Positions 44,697 to 55,094 of a DNA stretch of 64,000 bases are shown piece by piece. This stretch comes from an uncultured Actinomycetes bacterium. GTDB taxonomy: Bacteria; Actinomycetota; Thermoleophilia; UBA2241. The DNA lies in contig CAVRZA010000011.1 in the NCBI GenBank assembly GCA_963725665.1, positions 512,001 to 576,000 on the forward strand, in the 5' to 3' direction. The position numbers and the translations under genes are program-made. The number at the start of each line of letters is the position of its first letter. Position 1 is the stretch's first letter. Below the pieces are notes generated by a model, which was not told the origin of the DNA, searched no databases, and saw only the letters and a list, made by a program, of their open reading frames with translations.

Positions 44697-45305
44697 CTAG
44701 CCGGCTTGCGTCTGGTCCTCTAGCCGCCTTCGCCAAGCCGTGAGGGTCTCTGGGTCGTAGCGCGACAGGCGGTCGCCGATCACCTCACTGTGCGCCCGTC
44801 GCTGCGGCTGCAGGTGTACGGCATCGCGGCCGGCGTACACGAGGAAGTCGGCGATCATGGAGCGATGGCAGCGCCACCAGAGAGCTTCGGCGCACATGAT
44901 GGCGACGTCGCGCGCGGCCCCGGCCTCGATAAGCTCGAGGGCCACGCGCAGGAACTCCTCGCTCGCCATGTGTCGCTCGTAGGCGGCGAAGCCGCTCTCG
45001 CTCCAGGCGTTCGGGTCGCGCAGCGTGAACGGCTCCGCGGGCGAGTCGGGCGCCCGGTGGGGGTGCTGGGCGGATGGGTCGGGGCGCTGGGCGGGCGGCG
45101 CTCGGCGTCGCCCGCCCAGCGCCCCGACCCAGCGGTACTCGATCCCCGCCGCTGGCAGCCACTCCTCGAGCTGCTCCCTCCGGAACCACTCGAAGCGCGA
45201 GACCGGGAAGGAGCGCACGTCCCACACGAGGCCGACGGGCACGGTGCGCAGCATGTCGAGGAACGCGTCTCGGTCGAGGTTCGAATGACCTACGGTGAAG
45301 ATCAC
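44697..45305 (-). CDS. DUF488 family protein
   Basis: IFTVGHSN, DVRSFP, LGGRR and MCAEALWWRCHR. Confidence 0.88.
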   Translation of the reverse strand: MIFTVGHSNLDRDAFLDMLRTVPVGLVWDVRSFPVSRFEWFRREQLEEWLPAAGIEYRWVGALGGRRRAPPAQRPDPSAQHPHRAPDSPAEPFTLRDPNAWSESGFAAYERHMASEEFLRVALELIEAGAARDVAIMCAEALWWRCHRSMIADFLVYAGRDAVHLQPQRRAHSEVIGDRLSRYDPETLTAWRRRLEDQTQAG

Positions 45306-45419
45306 AATCGGCGCCTTCCGGGGAATAGCTGCACAACGAATCTCATGACAGGTTCTCGCATGCGGGCCCGCGGGGCAAACCCGGGCGCTGGCAGCGGGAC
45401 AACGGAGGACGGTGGCTCC

Positions 45420-46325
45420 ATGACAGAGAACGGGACGGTACTTGTAGCAGGCGCCGACACGCGCCACGGACGGGCGTACACGCTGGCTTTCTTCGCCGGC
45501 GGCTATCGGGTCGGGGCGCTTGTCGCCGAGGCCTCTGCGGCGCGCCCCGGTCAGGCCGGGCAAGCTGCGCTGGCGGCGGCGCTCGGCGCCGAGCCCGTGA
45601 CGGCCGACCTCAGCGACGCCGCGGCGCTGCGACGCTTGCTGAAAGGTGTGGACGCCGTAGTGATCGCCCTCGACGGGCGCGGCGTCGAAGGACGCACGGT
45701 CGAGGAGCGCACGACACGGGCCCTGGTCGACGCCGCCGCTGCCGAGCGGGTGGCCATCCTGTACTCGTCGTTGCTGCACGCAGAGTGGCAGACGGGTGTG
45801 CCGGCGCTCGACTTGAAGGGGCGCCTCGAGCTCGTGGCGCGCCGCTCGGGTGCGCCGGTGACGATCCTGCGCCCGGGCATGCTCATGGACGTCTTCGACG
45901 ACCCGGGCATGCGCGAGCGCGCGACGAGCGACGGCGTGCTGGCGAGCGCCATCGCCGTCGACACCGCCGTGTCGTACCTGGCCGCCGACGACCTGGGCCT
46001 GCTCGCGGTGCTTGCTCTCGAGATCTTCGGCCGCGCGGGCGCGACGCTCGATCTCGGCGGCCCGGAGGCCCTGACATTCCGCGAGCTGATCCCGCGGCTC
46101 TGGGGCATGACGGGTCACAGTGTCACCTACGAGCAGCTTCCCCTGGACGAGGTGCGGGCGCGCTCGGGCCAGGAGGAGGCGCTGCTCGTCCAGCATGTCA
46201 ACGGCGTTGGGTACGCGGTGGACATGCGCCAGCTGCTCGAGCGGGTCCCGCTGCGTCTCGCGACGCTGACCGACTACCTGGCTGCGAGGGGCTGGGCGAC
46301 GCGCGTCGAGCGCGTCGCGGCGTAG
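45420..46325 (+). CDS. NmrA-like atypical short-chain dehydrogenase / NAD(P)-binding protein
   Basis: VLVAGA (degenerate Gly motif), ADLSD, TILRPG, DDLG and LGGPEALT. Confidence 0.75.
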   Translation: MTENGTVLVAGADTRHGRAYTLAFFAGGYRVGALVAEASAARPGQAGQAALAAALGAEPVTADLSDAAALRRLLKGVDAVVIALDGRGVEGRTVEERTTRALVDAAAAERVAILYSSLLHAEWQTGVPALDLKGRLELVARRSGAPVTILRPGMLMDVFDDPGMRERATSDGVLASAIAVDTAVSYLAADDLGLLAVLALEIFGRAGATLDLGGPEALTFRELIPRLWGMTGHSVTYEQLPLDEVRARSGQEEALLVQHVNGVGYAVDMRQLLERVPLRLATLTDYLAARGWATRVERVAA

Positions 46326-46382
46326 CTGCGTGCGCCGTCCCGGGTCCGAGCGGCGGGTCCCCGAGGCGCCCTGATAGGATGT

Positions 46383-46423
46383 GGCGCGCCGGCCGGCGGC
46401 GCTAGGCCGCCGGCCGGCGCGCC
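46383..46423. repeat. Perfect 18-bp GC-only inverted repeat
   Basis: GGCGCGCCGGCCGGCGGC-GCTAG-GCCGCCGGCCGGCGCGCC. Confidence 0.88.
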
Positions 46424-46444
46424 GCGTCGTCACGGGGGTCGCCG

Positions 46445-47605
46445 ATGAAGATCACGCCGTTCGCCATCGAGCGCTACTTCGCGCGCTACGAGTTCAGCGC
46501 CCGCTACCTCCTCTCCAGCTCCGATTGCGAAGCCCTGACGCAGGCGGAGGTCCTCGAGCGAGCCGACGCGGAGACGAAGGAGCTGTGGGGCCGCCTTAGC
46601 CTCGGCTACACCGAGTCGCCCGGTCTTCCGCTTCTGCGTCGGGAGATCGCCGGACTCTACGAGGGCGTTCTACCCAACGAGGTCCTCGAGGTCGTCCCCG
46701 AGGAGGGCATCCTGCTGGCCATGAGGGTGCTGCTCGAGCCGGGTGACCATGTCGTGGCGACCTTCCCGGGGTATCAGTCGCTCTACCAGCTCGCCGCCGA
46801 CATGGGCTGTGAGGTGAGCTTCTGGCGACCGGAGGAACGAGACGACGGCTGGCATTTCGGCCTCGACGGACTGCGGGGTGTGCTGCGTCCAGCGACGAAG
46901 CTCGTCGTCGTCAACTTCCCCCACAACCCCACCGGGGCGCTGCCCTCAGCCGACGAGTTCGCCGCCCTCGTCGAGCTGGTAGCCGAGAGCGGCGCGCGCC
47001 TCTTCTGCGACGAGATGTACCGCTTTCTCGAGCTCGATGCGGGAGGCCGTTTGCCGTCGGCCGTCGAGCTCTCGGCGCGCGCCGTCGCGCTCTGCGGCCT
47101 CTCGAAATCCTTCGCCGCCCCCGGTCTGCGTCTCGGCTGGCTGGTCACGCACGACGCCGAGTTGCTCGCCCGTCTGGCCGTCGCCAAGGACTACTCGACC
47201 ATCTGCGCCGGCGCCCCGAGCGAGATCCTGGGCGTGATGGTTCTGCGCGACCGCGAACGCGTGCTGGCGCGCAACCTGGAGCTGGTGGGCGCGAACGCGG
47301 CGGCCTTCGAGGACTTCGCCCGTCGTCACGCCGACCTCGTGACCTGGGCACCGCCCCGCGCAGGCTCGATAGCCTTCCCGCGTCTGGCGACGCCCGAGGG
47401 CACGGCCGGCTTCTGCACCCGACTGGTCGAGGAGACCGGCGTCATGATCCTGCCGGCGACAGTCTTCGATTACGACGACGCCCACGTGCGCATCGGCCTC
47501 GGCCGCGCGCCGTTCAGAGAAGGGCTGGCCGTCCTCGAGGAGTGGCTTGCCGCCCGGGGCTCGCCCCAAGGCGCCGGCAGCGGGCCTCCCGAAAGCGTTG
47601 GCTGA
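46445..47605 (+). CDS. Class I/II PLP-dependent aminotransferase
   Basis: FAIERYF, LSSSDCE, NFPHNPTG, DEMY and GLSKSFAAPGLRLGW. Confidence 0.9.
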   Translation: MKITPFAIERYFARYEFSARYLLSSSDCEALTQAEVLERADAETKELWGRLSLGYTESPGLPLLRREIAGLYEGVLPNEVLEVVPEEGILLAMRVLLEPGDHVVATFPGYQSLYQLAADMGCEVSFWRPEERDDGWHFGLDGLRGVLRPATKLVVVNFPHNPTGALPSADEFAALVELVAESGARLFCDEMYRFLELDAGGRLPSAVELSARAVALCGLSKSFAAPGLRLGWLVTHDAELLARLAVAKDYSTICAGAPSEILGVMVLRDRERVLARNLELVGANAAAFEDFARRHADLVTWAPPRAGSIAFPRLATPEGTAGFCTRLVEETGVMILPATVFDYDDAHVRIGLGRAPFREGLAVLEEWLAARGSPQGAGSGPPESVG

Positions 47606-47608
47606 GGC

Positions 47609-49051
47609 GTGGTGAGGGTGAGCGAGACAGGATCCAGCCCGGCGGCACGGCTGAGGGTCTGGGGCGAGGACGCTTGCCGCCGTGTGCACGAGACGACGCT
47701 GCGGCTTCTCGCCCAGACCGGCGTCGAGATGCACCACGCCGAGGCGCGCGAGCTGTGCCGCGCGGCCGGGGCGCGCGTCGAGGGCACCCGCGTGCGCCTG
47801 CCGCGCGATCTCGTCGAGCGCTCCTTGGATGCGGCGCCGAAGTCGTGCGTGCTGCCCGGGCGGGGGGCGGGCGCGCCGCCGCTGGTCCTCGAGCAGGGCC
47901 ATTCCTACTTCGGCACTGGGCCCGACTGCCTCTACGTCTGCGATCTCGACAGCGGAGAGCGGCGCCGCGCCCGCCTCTCCGACGTGACGGCCGCCGCCGC
48001 GCTGTGCGAGAAGCTGCCGCAGATCGACTTCGTCATGTCGATGGCCCTGCCCGAGGATATCGAGGGCGACGTCGTCGACCTGGCGCAGCTCGCCGCCATG
48101 CTGGCCGCCACGAGCAAGCCGATCGTCGTCTCGAGTCCCTTCGGCGGCGAGTCGCTGCCGGTGATGCGCGAGATGGCGGCGATCTGTGGCGAGGCAGGCA
48201 GCTTCGCCTGCCTCGCCATGACCTCGCCGCCGCTCAGCATCGACGAGGTCGCCGCCGACAAGACCATCGCCTGCGCGCGACTCGGCGTACCGCTGGTGAT
48301 GTCTACAGCGCCTTCGGCCGGCTCGACCGGGCCGGCTTCACTACCCGCTTTGGTCCTCATCAGCAACGCTGAGATCCTCGCAGCGTTGGTGCTCCACCAG
48401 CTCGCGTCGCCCGGGGCGCCCTTCGTCTACGGCGCCGGTGTCGGGGTGATGAACATGCGCACCGGCACCGATCCCTACGTGCCGCCCGGGTCCTGGCTCG
48501 GTGACCAGGCGGGCTGTGACCTGGCCGCCTTCTACAGCCTGCCGAGCTGGGCGTACGCGTTCTGCTCCGACAGCAAGGTCCTCGACGAGCAGTGGGCGCT
48601 CGAGGCTGGCATCGCCGCGATCCTCGGCGCCGCCTCGCGGGCGACGCTGCTGCACGACGTCGGCTACCTCGAGACCGGGTTGCAGGCCTCTCTCGAGGCG
48701 ATCGTCCTCGGCAACGAGGTGGCCGGCTACGCGCGCGCCTTCCTCCAGGAGCTACCGGTCGACGAGGAGGCGCTGCTGGTCGACGAGATCGCCGCCGTCG
48801 GGCCTGGAGGCGCGCATCTGAGCCGCCCCTTCACACGCGCACACTATCGCGACTTCTGGCAGGCGGAGCTGCTCGATCAGTCCGCGCACGAACGCTGGCT
48901 TGCGAGTGGAGGACAGACGCTCCGCGAGCGGCTCCGCGCCCGGACGCGCGAGCTCTGCTCCTCGCCGCCCGCCTTCTCGCTCGACGCTTCGGTCAGAGAG
49001 CGTGTCGACCGCCTCGTGAAGGAACGGGTCCGGCGAGCGCCGACCCGGTAG
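47609..49051 (+). CDS. Trimethylamine-methyltransferase (MttB) superfamily protein, non-pyrrolysine
   Basis: HETTLRLL..TGV, FGTGPDC, NAEILA, PGAPFVYG, SDSKVLDEQ, LLHDVGYLE and VGPGGAHL. Confidence 0.85.
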   Translation: MVRVSETGSSPAARLRVWGEDACRRVHETTLRLLAQTGVEMHHAEARELCRAAGARVEGTRVRLPRDLVERSLDAAPKSCVLPGRGAGAPPLVLEQGHSYFGTGPDCLYVCDLDSGERRRARLSDVTAAAALCEKLPQIDFVMSMALPEDIEGDVVDLAQLAAMLAATSKPIVVSSPFGGESLPVMREMAAICGEAGSFACLAMTSPPLSIDEVAADKTIACARLGVPLVMSTAPSAGSTGPASLPALVLISNAEILAALVLHQLASPGAPFVYGAGVGVMNMRTGTDPYVPPGSWLGDQAGCDLAAFYSLPSWAYAFCSDSKVLDEQWALEAGIAAILGAASRATLLHDVGYLETGLQASLEAIVLGNEVAGYARAFLQELPVDEEALLVDEIAAVGPGGAHLSRPFTRAHYRDFWQAELLDQSAHERWLASGGQTLRERLRARTRELCSSPPAFSLDASVRERVDRLVKERVRRAPTR

Positions 49052-49153
49052 GGGTCCGTCGCGCCGGGCGTCTGAGGCGCCGCACAAGGACCTGCGAACC
49101 TCGTTCATGGAGCGGGCGTCTCTCCGACAGGTACTCACGTTGGGAGGCAGGCC

Positions 49154-49565
49154 ATGAAGAGACTGATTGTGATCATCGCCGTAGCGGCCGTCGCGGGAGC
49201 GGGCGTCGCGCTGTGGTTCGTTCTCGCCGGCCATGAGAGCGACGCAGGGGGGATCCCGGTCACGCCCGGACCGGCCTTGCAGTTCGACGTGCGCGGAGTG
49301 GTGAGCAATGTCAGCGCCGACCCGTCGGGCCCGGGTGGCGCCTTCCTGGTGAGGGGGACGCCCCTCGGCCAGTCAGGAGTCGACTATGCGTCGGTGCGCG
49401 TCACGCCCGACACCCGCATCTACGTGGAGTCGGGCGGCTCGCTGGCTCCCGCCGGCTTCGCCGCCCTCAGGGACGGTCAGACGGTGAAGGTGGATCTCGT
49501 GGGGCCGGTGGCCGAGTCCTACCCGGTCCAGGCGCTCCGCTGGGACCATCGTGATCCTCGAGTGA
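49154..49565 (+). CDS. Small exported protein (DUF3221/YobA-like), frameshift near the C-terminus
   Basis: N-terminal TM/signal and GPVAESYPVQA motif; AGTIVILE* continues in another frame to TGA 49565. Confidence 0.6.
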
Positions 49566-49583
49566 CCGGCCGACCGGGCCCGT

Positions 49584-50234
49584 CTACGAGAGGTCGTCGA
49601 GGCGGCACACGGCCCCGGGGCTCGTCACGACGAGAAGGACGTCGCCGACCTCGATGCGCACGTCGGGTCCCGGCATGACGACCTCAGCGCCGCGCAGGAT
49701 CGCTGCCGCATTGCAGCCTTGCGGGACGTGCAGCTCGGTCATCGACTTGCCGGCGAGAGTGCCGCCGTCGCTCGCCGTCACCGCGCTTACGGTGATCTCG
49801 CCCTCGCCGAGGCTCAGCAGCTCGACGATGTCGCTCAGCTTCGCCTCCTCTTCGATGAGGCTGGCGACGATCTGCGCCGAGTCGATGGCGACGTCGACCC
49901 CCCAGCTGCGGTTGTAGAGCCAGCGGTTGCGCGGGTTGCGCACCGCGGCGATGACCTTCTTGACCTTGTACTCGTTCTTGGCCAGCAGGGAAGCGACCAG
50001 GTTGTCCTCGTCGTGACCCGTCGCCGCGATCAGCACGTCGGCCCGATCGACGCCGGCCGCGAGCAGAATGTACGGCTCGTCGGCGTCGCCGTTGACGACC
50101 TCGCAGCCGAGCTCCTCCCTGAGGGCGTTGGCGCGCGCCTCGTCCTGCTCGATGACGACTACGGTGTGGATCGGGTTGAGGATCTGGCTGACCCTGCGGC
50201 CCAGCTTGCCGGCGCCGGCGATCACGACTCTCAT
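49584..50234 (-). CDS. trkA: TrkA-family K+ transport regulatory subunit (RCK_N + RCK_C)
   Basis: MRVVIAGAGKLG, ATGHDEDNL and a C-terminal TrkA-C domain. Confidence 0.88.
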   Translation of the reverse strand: MRVVIAGAGKLGRRVSQILNPIHTVVVIEQDEARANALREELGCEVVNGDADEPYILLAAGVDRADVLIAATGHDEDNLVASLLAKNEYKVKKVIAAVRNPRNRWLYNRSWGVDVAIDSAQIVASLIEEEAKLSDIVELLSLGEGEITVSAVTASDGGTLAGKSMTELHVPQGCNAAAILRGAEVVMPGPDVRIEVGDVLLVVTSPGAVCRLDDLS

Positions 50235-50885
50235 GACTTCCACCCCATCATCTTCTGGAACCTGTCGACGGCGCTCTGGTGCACGACCACGTGGACCTGG
50301 TCTTCCTCCTCGATGAGCGTGCCCGAGACGGGGATCATGCCCCTCCCCTTGCGCACGATGAGCGCGACGCGGATCTCGCCCGGCACGCGCAGGTCGTTGA
50401 TCGGCTTGCCGACCAGGTGAGGCCGGGGCCCACGCCGACATGAGCTGCACCTCGCCGTTGCCGAAGGCGATCTCGCGCTCGAGCTGCTCGCTGGTGAGGA
50501 ACTCGATGATCTTGCCAGCACTCCAGGCGGTGGGCGCGAAGGTGGTCACGCCGTAGCGGCGGTAGATCTCGGCCCGCTGCGGGTCGTAGATGCGCGCCAC
50601 GACGTCGGGCACACGGTAGACCTCCTTGGCCACGCGCGCGACGATGATGTTGGTGTTGTCGCCGCTCGTCACCGCGACAAGGCCGTCGGCGCGCTCGATG
50701 TCGGCCTCCTCGAGGATCGTCCTGTCGTAGCTCATGCCCTCAAGCTGCTTGCCGGCGAAGGTTCGCGGCAGTAGTCGGAAGGCGTTCGCGTTGCGGTCGA
50801 TGACCACGACGCTGTGGCCTTCGCGGTTCAAGCTGGCGGCGGCGGAGGCGCCGACGCGCCCACACCCGACGATGATCACGTGCAT
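50231..50885 (-). CDS. trkA: Second TrkA-family protein, frameshift near 50430
   Basis: MHVIIVGCGRVG, VTSGDNTNI and ARIYDPQRAEIYRRYG; the C-terminus is in ORF 50231-50521. Confidence 0.85.
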
Positions 50886-53796
50886 CGGCTCAGCCTCCTT
50901 GTCGCGCCGTGCTTCCGGCGCAACAGCCATTTTCTCGCTTCCTCGGCGAAGAACAAAGTGACCGCCGCGATGACGAGGAATCCCCAGTCGTTCAGCGAGA
51001 GTGGGCCGGTCTTGAGGATGTTCTGCAGGAACGGCACGTAGGAGATGGCGGCCATCAACAGCACGGCGAACATCTCGCTGAAGACGATCCATTTGTTGCT
51101 GAAGATGCCGATCTTGAACAGCGACTCACGCTCGGTGCGGCAAGCGAAGCCGTTTGCCACCTGACCGGCGACGATGGCCGCCTGGGTCATCGTCACGGCC
51201 TCGAGGTAGGCGCCGTAGTGGGGGCTGGCCGGGTTCATCCAGGTCGTGTCGCCCCAGGCCCAGCCGTGGGACAGCAGAACGTAGAGGAACCCCGAGACCG
51301 CGAATACCGACTGGATCGCGCCGATGAAGACGACGCGCCGGAGCGTCGGCCTGCTGAGGATGCGCTCGCTGCGGGGGCGCGGCGGCTGCGCCATGACTCC
51401 CGGCTCAGGGGGCTCGGTGCCCAGCGCCAAGCCGGGCAACACGTCGGATCCGAGGTCGATCGAGAGGATCTGGATGGCGCCCAGTGGAACTAGGCCGACC
51501 CCGCCGATGACCGCGAACATGTACGGAAACAGCTCGGCGAAGTTGTGCGAGAAGATGTACGTGACCATCTTCTTGACGTTGGCGTACACTCCGCGGCCCT
51601 GCTCGACCGCCTTGACGATGCTGGCGAAGCTGTCGTCGAGCAGGATCATGATCGCCGCCTCACGCGCGACGTCGGTGCCGCTGATGCCCATGGCCACGCC
51701 GATGTCGGCCTTCTTGAGCGCCGGCGCGTCGTTCACGCCGTCGCCGGTCACGGCGACGATCTCGCCCATCTCCTTGAGGACCGAGACGACCTCCATCTTG
51801 TGCTCCGGGGCCACCCTGGCGAAGATCACGTCCTGCGGTTTCGTCGAGCTCGGCCTTGAGGTCGTCTTCGCTCATGCCCTCGAGGTCGACATCCCGGTGA
51901 TCACGCGCACGTTCTTGTCGCCGCGCACGATGCCGATGCGGCGGGCGATGGCCTCGGCGGTGAGGCCGTAGTCGCCCGTGACCATGATGATGCGGATGCC
52001 GGCGGCGAGAGCGCGTTCTCGACCGCCTCGGCGACCTCGGGGCGGGGCGGATCGATCATGCCCGACGAAGCCGAGGAACGTGAGGTCGGTCTCGACGGTG
52101 TCGGGTGTGTAGTCGGTGAGGTCCGGGGGCAGGTCGCGCTCGGCGACGGCGAGCACGCGCAGCGCCTGGCGCGACATGTCGTCGTTCTGCGTCGAGAATG
52201 CTGCCGACGCAGCTCGTCGGTCAGCGGCACGACCTGCCCGTCGAGCCTGATGTGCGTGCAGCGAGGGATGGTCTCCGAGGGAGCGCCCTTCACGTAGGCG
52301 CTTCTGCCCGTCGCCCTCGACGTGGATCGACCGACATGCGCTTGCGCACCGACTCGAACGGGAGCTCGTAGATCTTGGGCCGTGCCGCGAGCTCCTCGCG
52401 CAGGTCGAAGCCAGCCTTGCCTGCAGCCACGAGCAGCGAGCCCTCGGTCGGGTCGCCGATCACCTGCCAGCCCTCGTTGTCGCGCGGGGTCAGCAGCTTG
52501 GCGTCGTTGGCGAAGCGTCATGGCGCGCAGCAGCGGCTCGAGCCTCTGGCGCGCCTCGTCCCTTCGGCAGGGCGTTGTCGTCGACCACGAAATCGCCGAC
52601 CGGTTCGTAGCCGGCGCCGGTGACCTCGATCGGCTGTCGCCGCCCACGTAGAGCTCCTTGACGGTCATCTCCGCCTTGGTCAGCGTGCCGGTCTTGTCTG
52701 TGCAGACGACGTTGGTGCAGCCGAGCGTCTCAACGCCGGAGAGCTGCTTGATGAGGGCGTTCAGCTTCGCCATGCGCTGCACGCCCACGGCGAGCGCCAC
52801 CGACAGCGTGGCCGGCAGTCCCTCGGGCACGAAGCACACCATGACGCCCATGGCGAACAGCAACGCCTGGATCCAGGTGAGGTTGAGGCCCAGTGGGCCC
52901 ATGAAGAACAGCAGGACACCGACGGCGATCGCCATGATGGAGACCGTGCGCGCCATGCGGTCGATCTCGCGCTGCAGGGGCGACTTCTCGTCGGAGACGC
53001 CGGCGGTGAGCTCGAAGATGCGCCCGAACTCGGTGTTCGAAGGCCGGTGGCGAACACGACCGCCTGCCCGGTACCGAGGCCACGCTCGTCCCCATGAACA
53101 CCAGGTTCGGCATGTTGATGGTGGCCAGGTCCTCTTCGACTAAGGGGTCGGCCGTCTTGCGCACTGCGTCGGATTCGCCGGTGAGGGCGATGTTGATGGT
53201 CGACATCTCGTACTGGCGAATGAGGCGGGCGTCGGCGCTGATCGCGTCGCCCTCTTCGAGGACGATCACGTCGCCGGGCACCAGGTCGGCTGCCGCGACG
53301 ATCGTGACCTCGCCTTCGCGAACGACCTTGGCGTTCGCGGGGCACCAGCTTCTGCAGCGCTTCTGTCGCCTTCTCGGCGCGGTACTCCTGGATGAAGCCG
53401 ATGACGGCGTTCAGCACGACGACGCCCATGATGGCGATGGCGACGTTGAGGTTGTCCTGGCGGCTCGATCCCGAGGACAGCAGCGCCGCGATGAACACGA
53501 GCAGGGCGCCGACCTCGAGCATGATGGCGAAGAGCGTGGTGAACTGGTCGAAGAAGCGATAGATGAGCGGCGGCCCGACCCGGTCGGCAGGATGTTGCGC
53601 CCGTGGTGCTCGAGTCGCCGAAAGGCCTCGTCCTCGGTCAGGCCGCGCGCTGAGGTGTGCAGCGCCTCGTAGACTTGTTCTTGAGGTACCTGCCAGATGC
53701 CGAGTGCCTCCGCGGCGCCGGACGCGGGTTCAGCGAGACGCCCGTGGCGGGTGTCACTTGCTCAGGCGTCGACAGCGTGGTGGTCTTCTGGGACAC
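50876..53796 (-). CDS. Cation-transporting P-type ATPase (type II, P2C-like motifs), several frameshifts
   Basis: LTGES, VPEGLP, CTDKTGTLT, KGAP, MVTGD, FARVAPEHK, TGDGVNDAPALKKADIG and IDLGSD motifs across ORFs 52761, 52730, 51901, 51872 and 50876. Confidence 0.88.
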
Positions 53797-53926
53797 GGGA
53801 CCTCACAAAGCCTGGCGACAGGCAACGTGCGTTTCGTACACCTTGGCGAGCCTCGACGCAAGCTGTCGGGCGCTTGGGGGCCGGTGACGCTCGAAGAGGA
53901 GAGCCGCTCCTGCGGTCAGCGACCCG

Positions 53927-55091
53927 TCACGAGGCCTCGACCACGTCAGCCGTGGCCTTGCTGGGGTCGGCCACCACCAGGACGTCGATGTAGTCGGCCG
54001 TCGCGCATGATCTTGGCGATGAGCGACGAACCCCGGAGCGACCTCGTCGAAGCGGGATCGCTTCGACTGGCCCATGAGGACGTACGTGGCCCGGTTCTCC
54101 CGGGCGAACTTCAGGATCTCGTCGGCCTCCGAATCACCGTTGAGCTCTACGACCTGGCCGCCGAGATTGCGGGCCAGGTCGTACGCTCGTTGAGCTCGCG
54201 CTGATGGCCGCCGAGCGTCTCGCCCGCCGTGTGCACGTGGACGACCCAGAAGTGCCCCTGCAGACGCTTGGCAAGCCTGTAGCCACGGCGCACCAGCTTC
54301 TTCGCGACCGAACCGCCTTTGATGCAGACGACCACTCGGTCTTCCGTCGCCCAGGGCGCTGTGGTCTCGTGGTCCTCCAAGTAACTCTCGAGGGTCTCGT
54401 CGACCTCCTCGGCGGTCTTGCGCAGCGCCAGCTCGCGCAGCGCCACGAGGTTTCCGCGGCGGAAGAAGTTGCGCAGCGCGCCGGGGATCTTCTCGAGGTC
54501 GTAGACCACGCCGCGGTTGAGGCGGTTGATGAGGGCGTCGGCTGTGAGGTCGACGAGCACCACCTCGTCGGCGCGATCGAGCATGGAGTCGGGTATCGTC
54601 TCGCGCACGCGCACGCCGGTGATCTCGAAGACGGTGTCGTTCAGGCTCTCGAAGTGCTGCACGTTGACAGTGGAGATGACGTCTGATGCCGGCGTCGAGG
54701 ATGTCGTCCACGCTCTGCCAGCGCTTCTCGTGGTCGGTCCCGGGGATGTTGGTGTGCGCCAGTTCGTCGACGAGGACGACACCGGGACGACGGGCGATGA
54801 CCGCGGCGGTGTCGATCTCCTCGAAGACTTACGGCCGCGATAGTCGATTGCCTTGCGGGAAGGATCGGCAGTCCTTCGGCGAGTTCCTCTATCGCCTGCC
54901 GACCGTGCGTCTCGACGAAGCCGACGACGATGTCCTCGCCGCGCGACAGGCGGCGGTGGGCCTCGAGCAGCATGGTGAACGTCTTGCCGACACCGGGGGC
55001 GTAGCCGAGGAAGATCTTGTGGCGCCCGGCTTGCGGAGCGTCTTCAGGGTGAAGAGGTCGCCGGTCTCTGGGCTGAGTCGTCCTCTTCCAT
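53927..55091 (-). CDS. KdpD N-terminal domain + Usp domain protein with no TM or kinase part, frameshifted
   Basis: IFLGYAPGVGKT, VETHGR, VDELAHTN, STVNVQHFESLND, VRETIPD and NLVALRELALR, then a Usp domain and a stop. Confidence 0.82.
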
Positions 55092-55094
55092 CAC

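Noticed and set aside
47609-49051. Pyrrolysine recoding in MttB
   Set aside because: No in-frame TAG at the Pyl position (Cys is there) and no pyl genes in the window.
49584-51092. 502-aa fused double-TrkA ORF in the track
   Set aside because: It is an artefact of a frameshift near 50430 joining two separate trkA genes through a nonsense linker; an ATGA overlap at 50231-50234 marks the real boundary.
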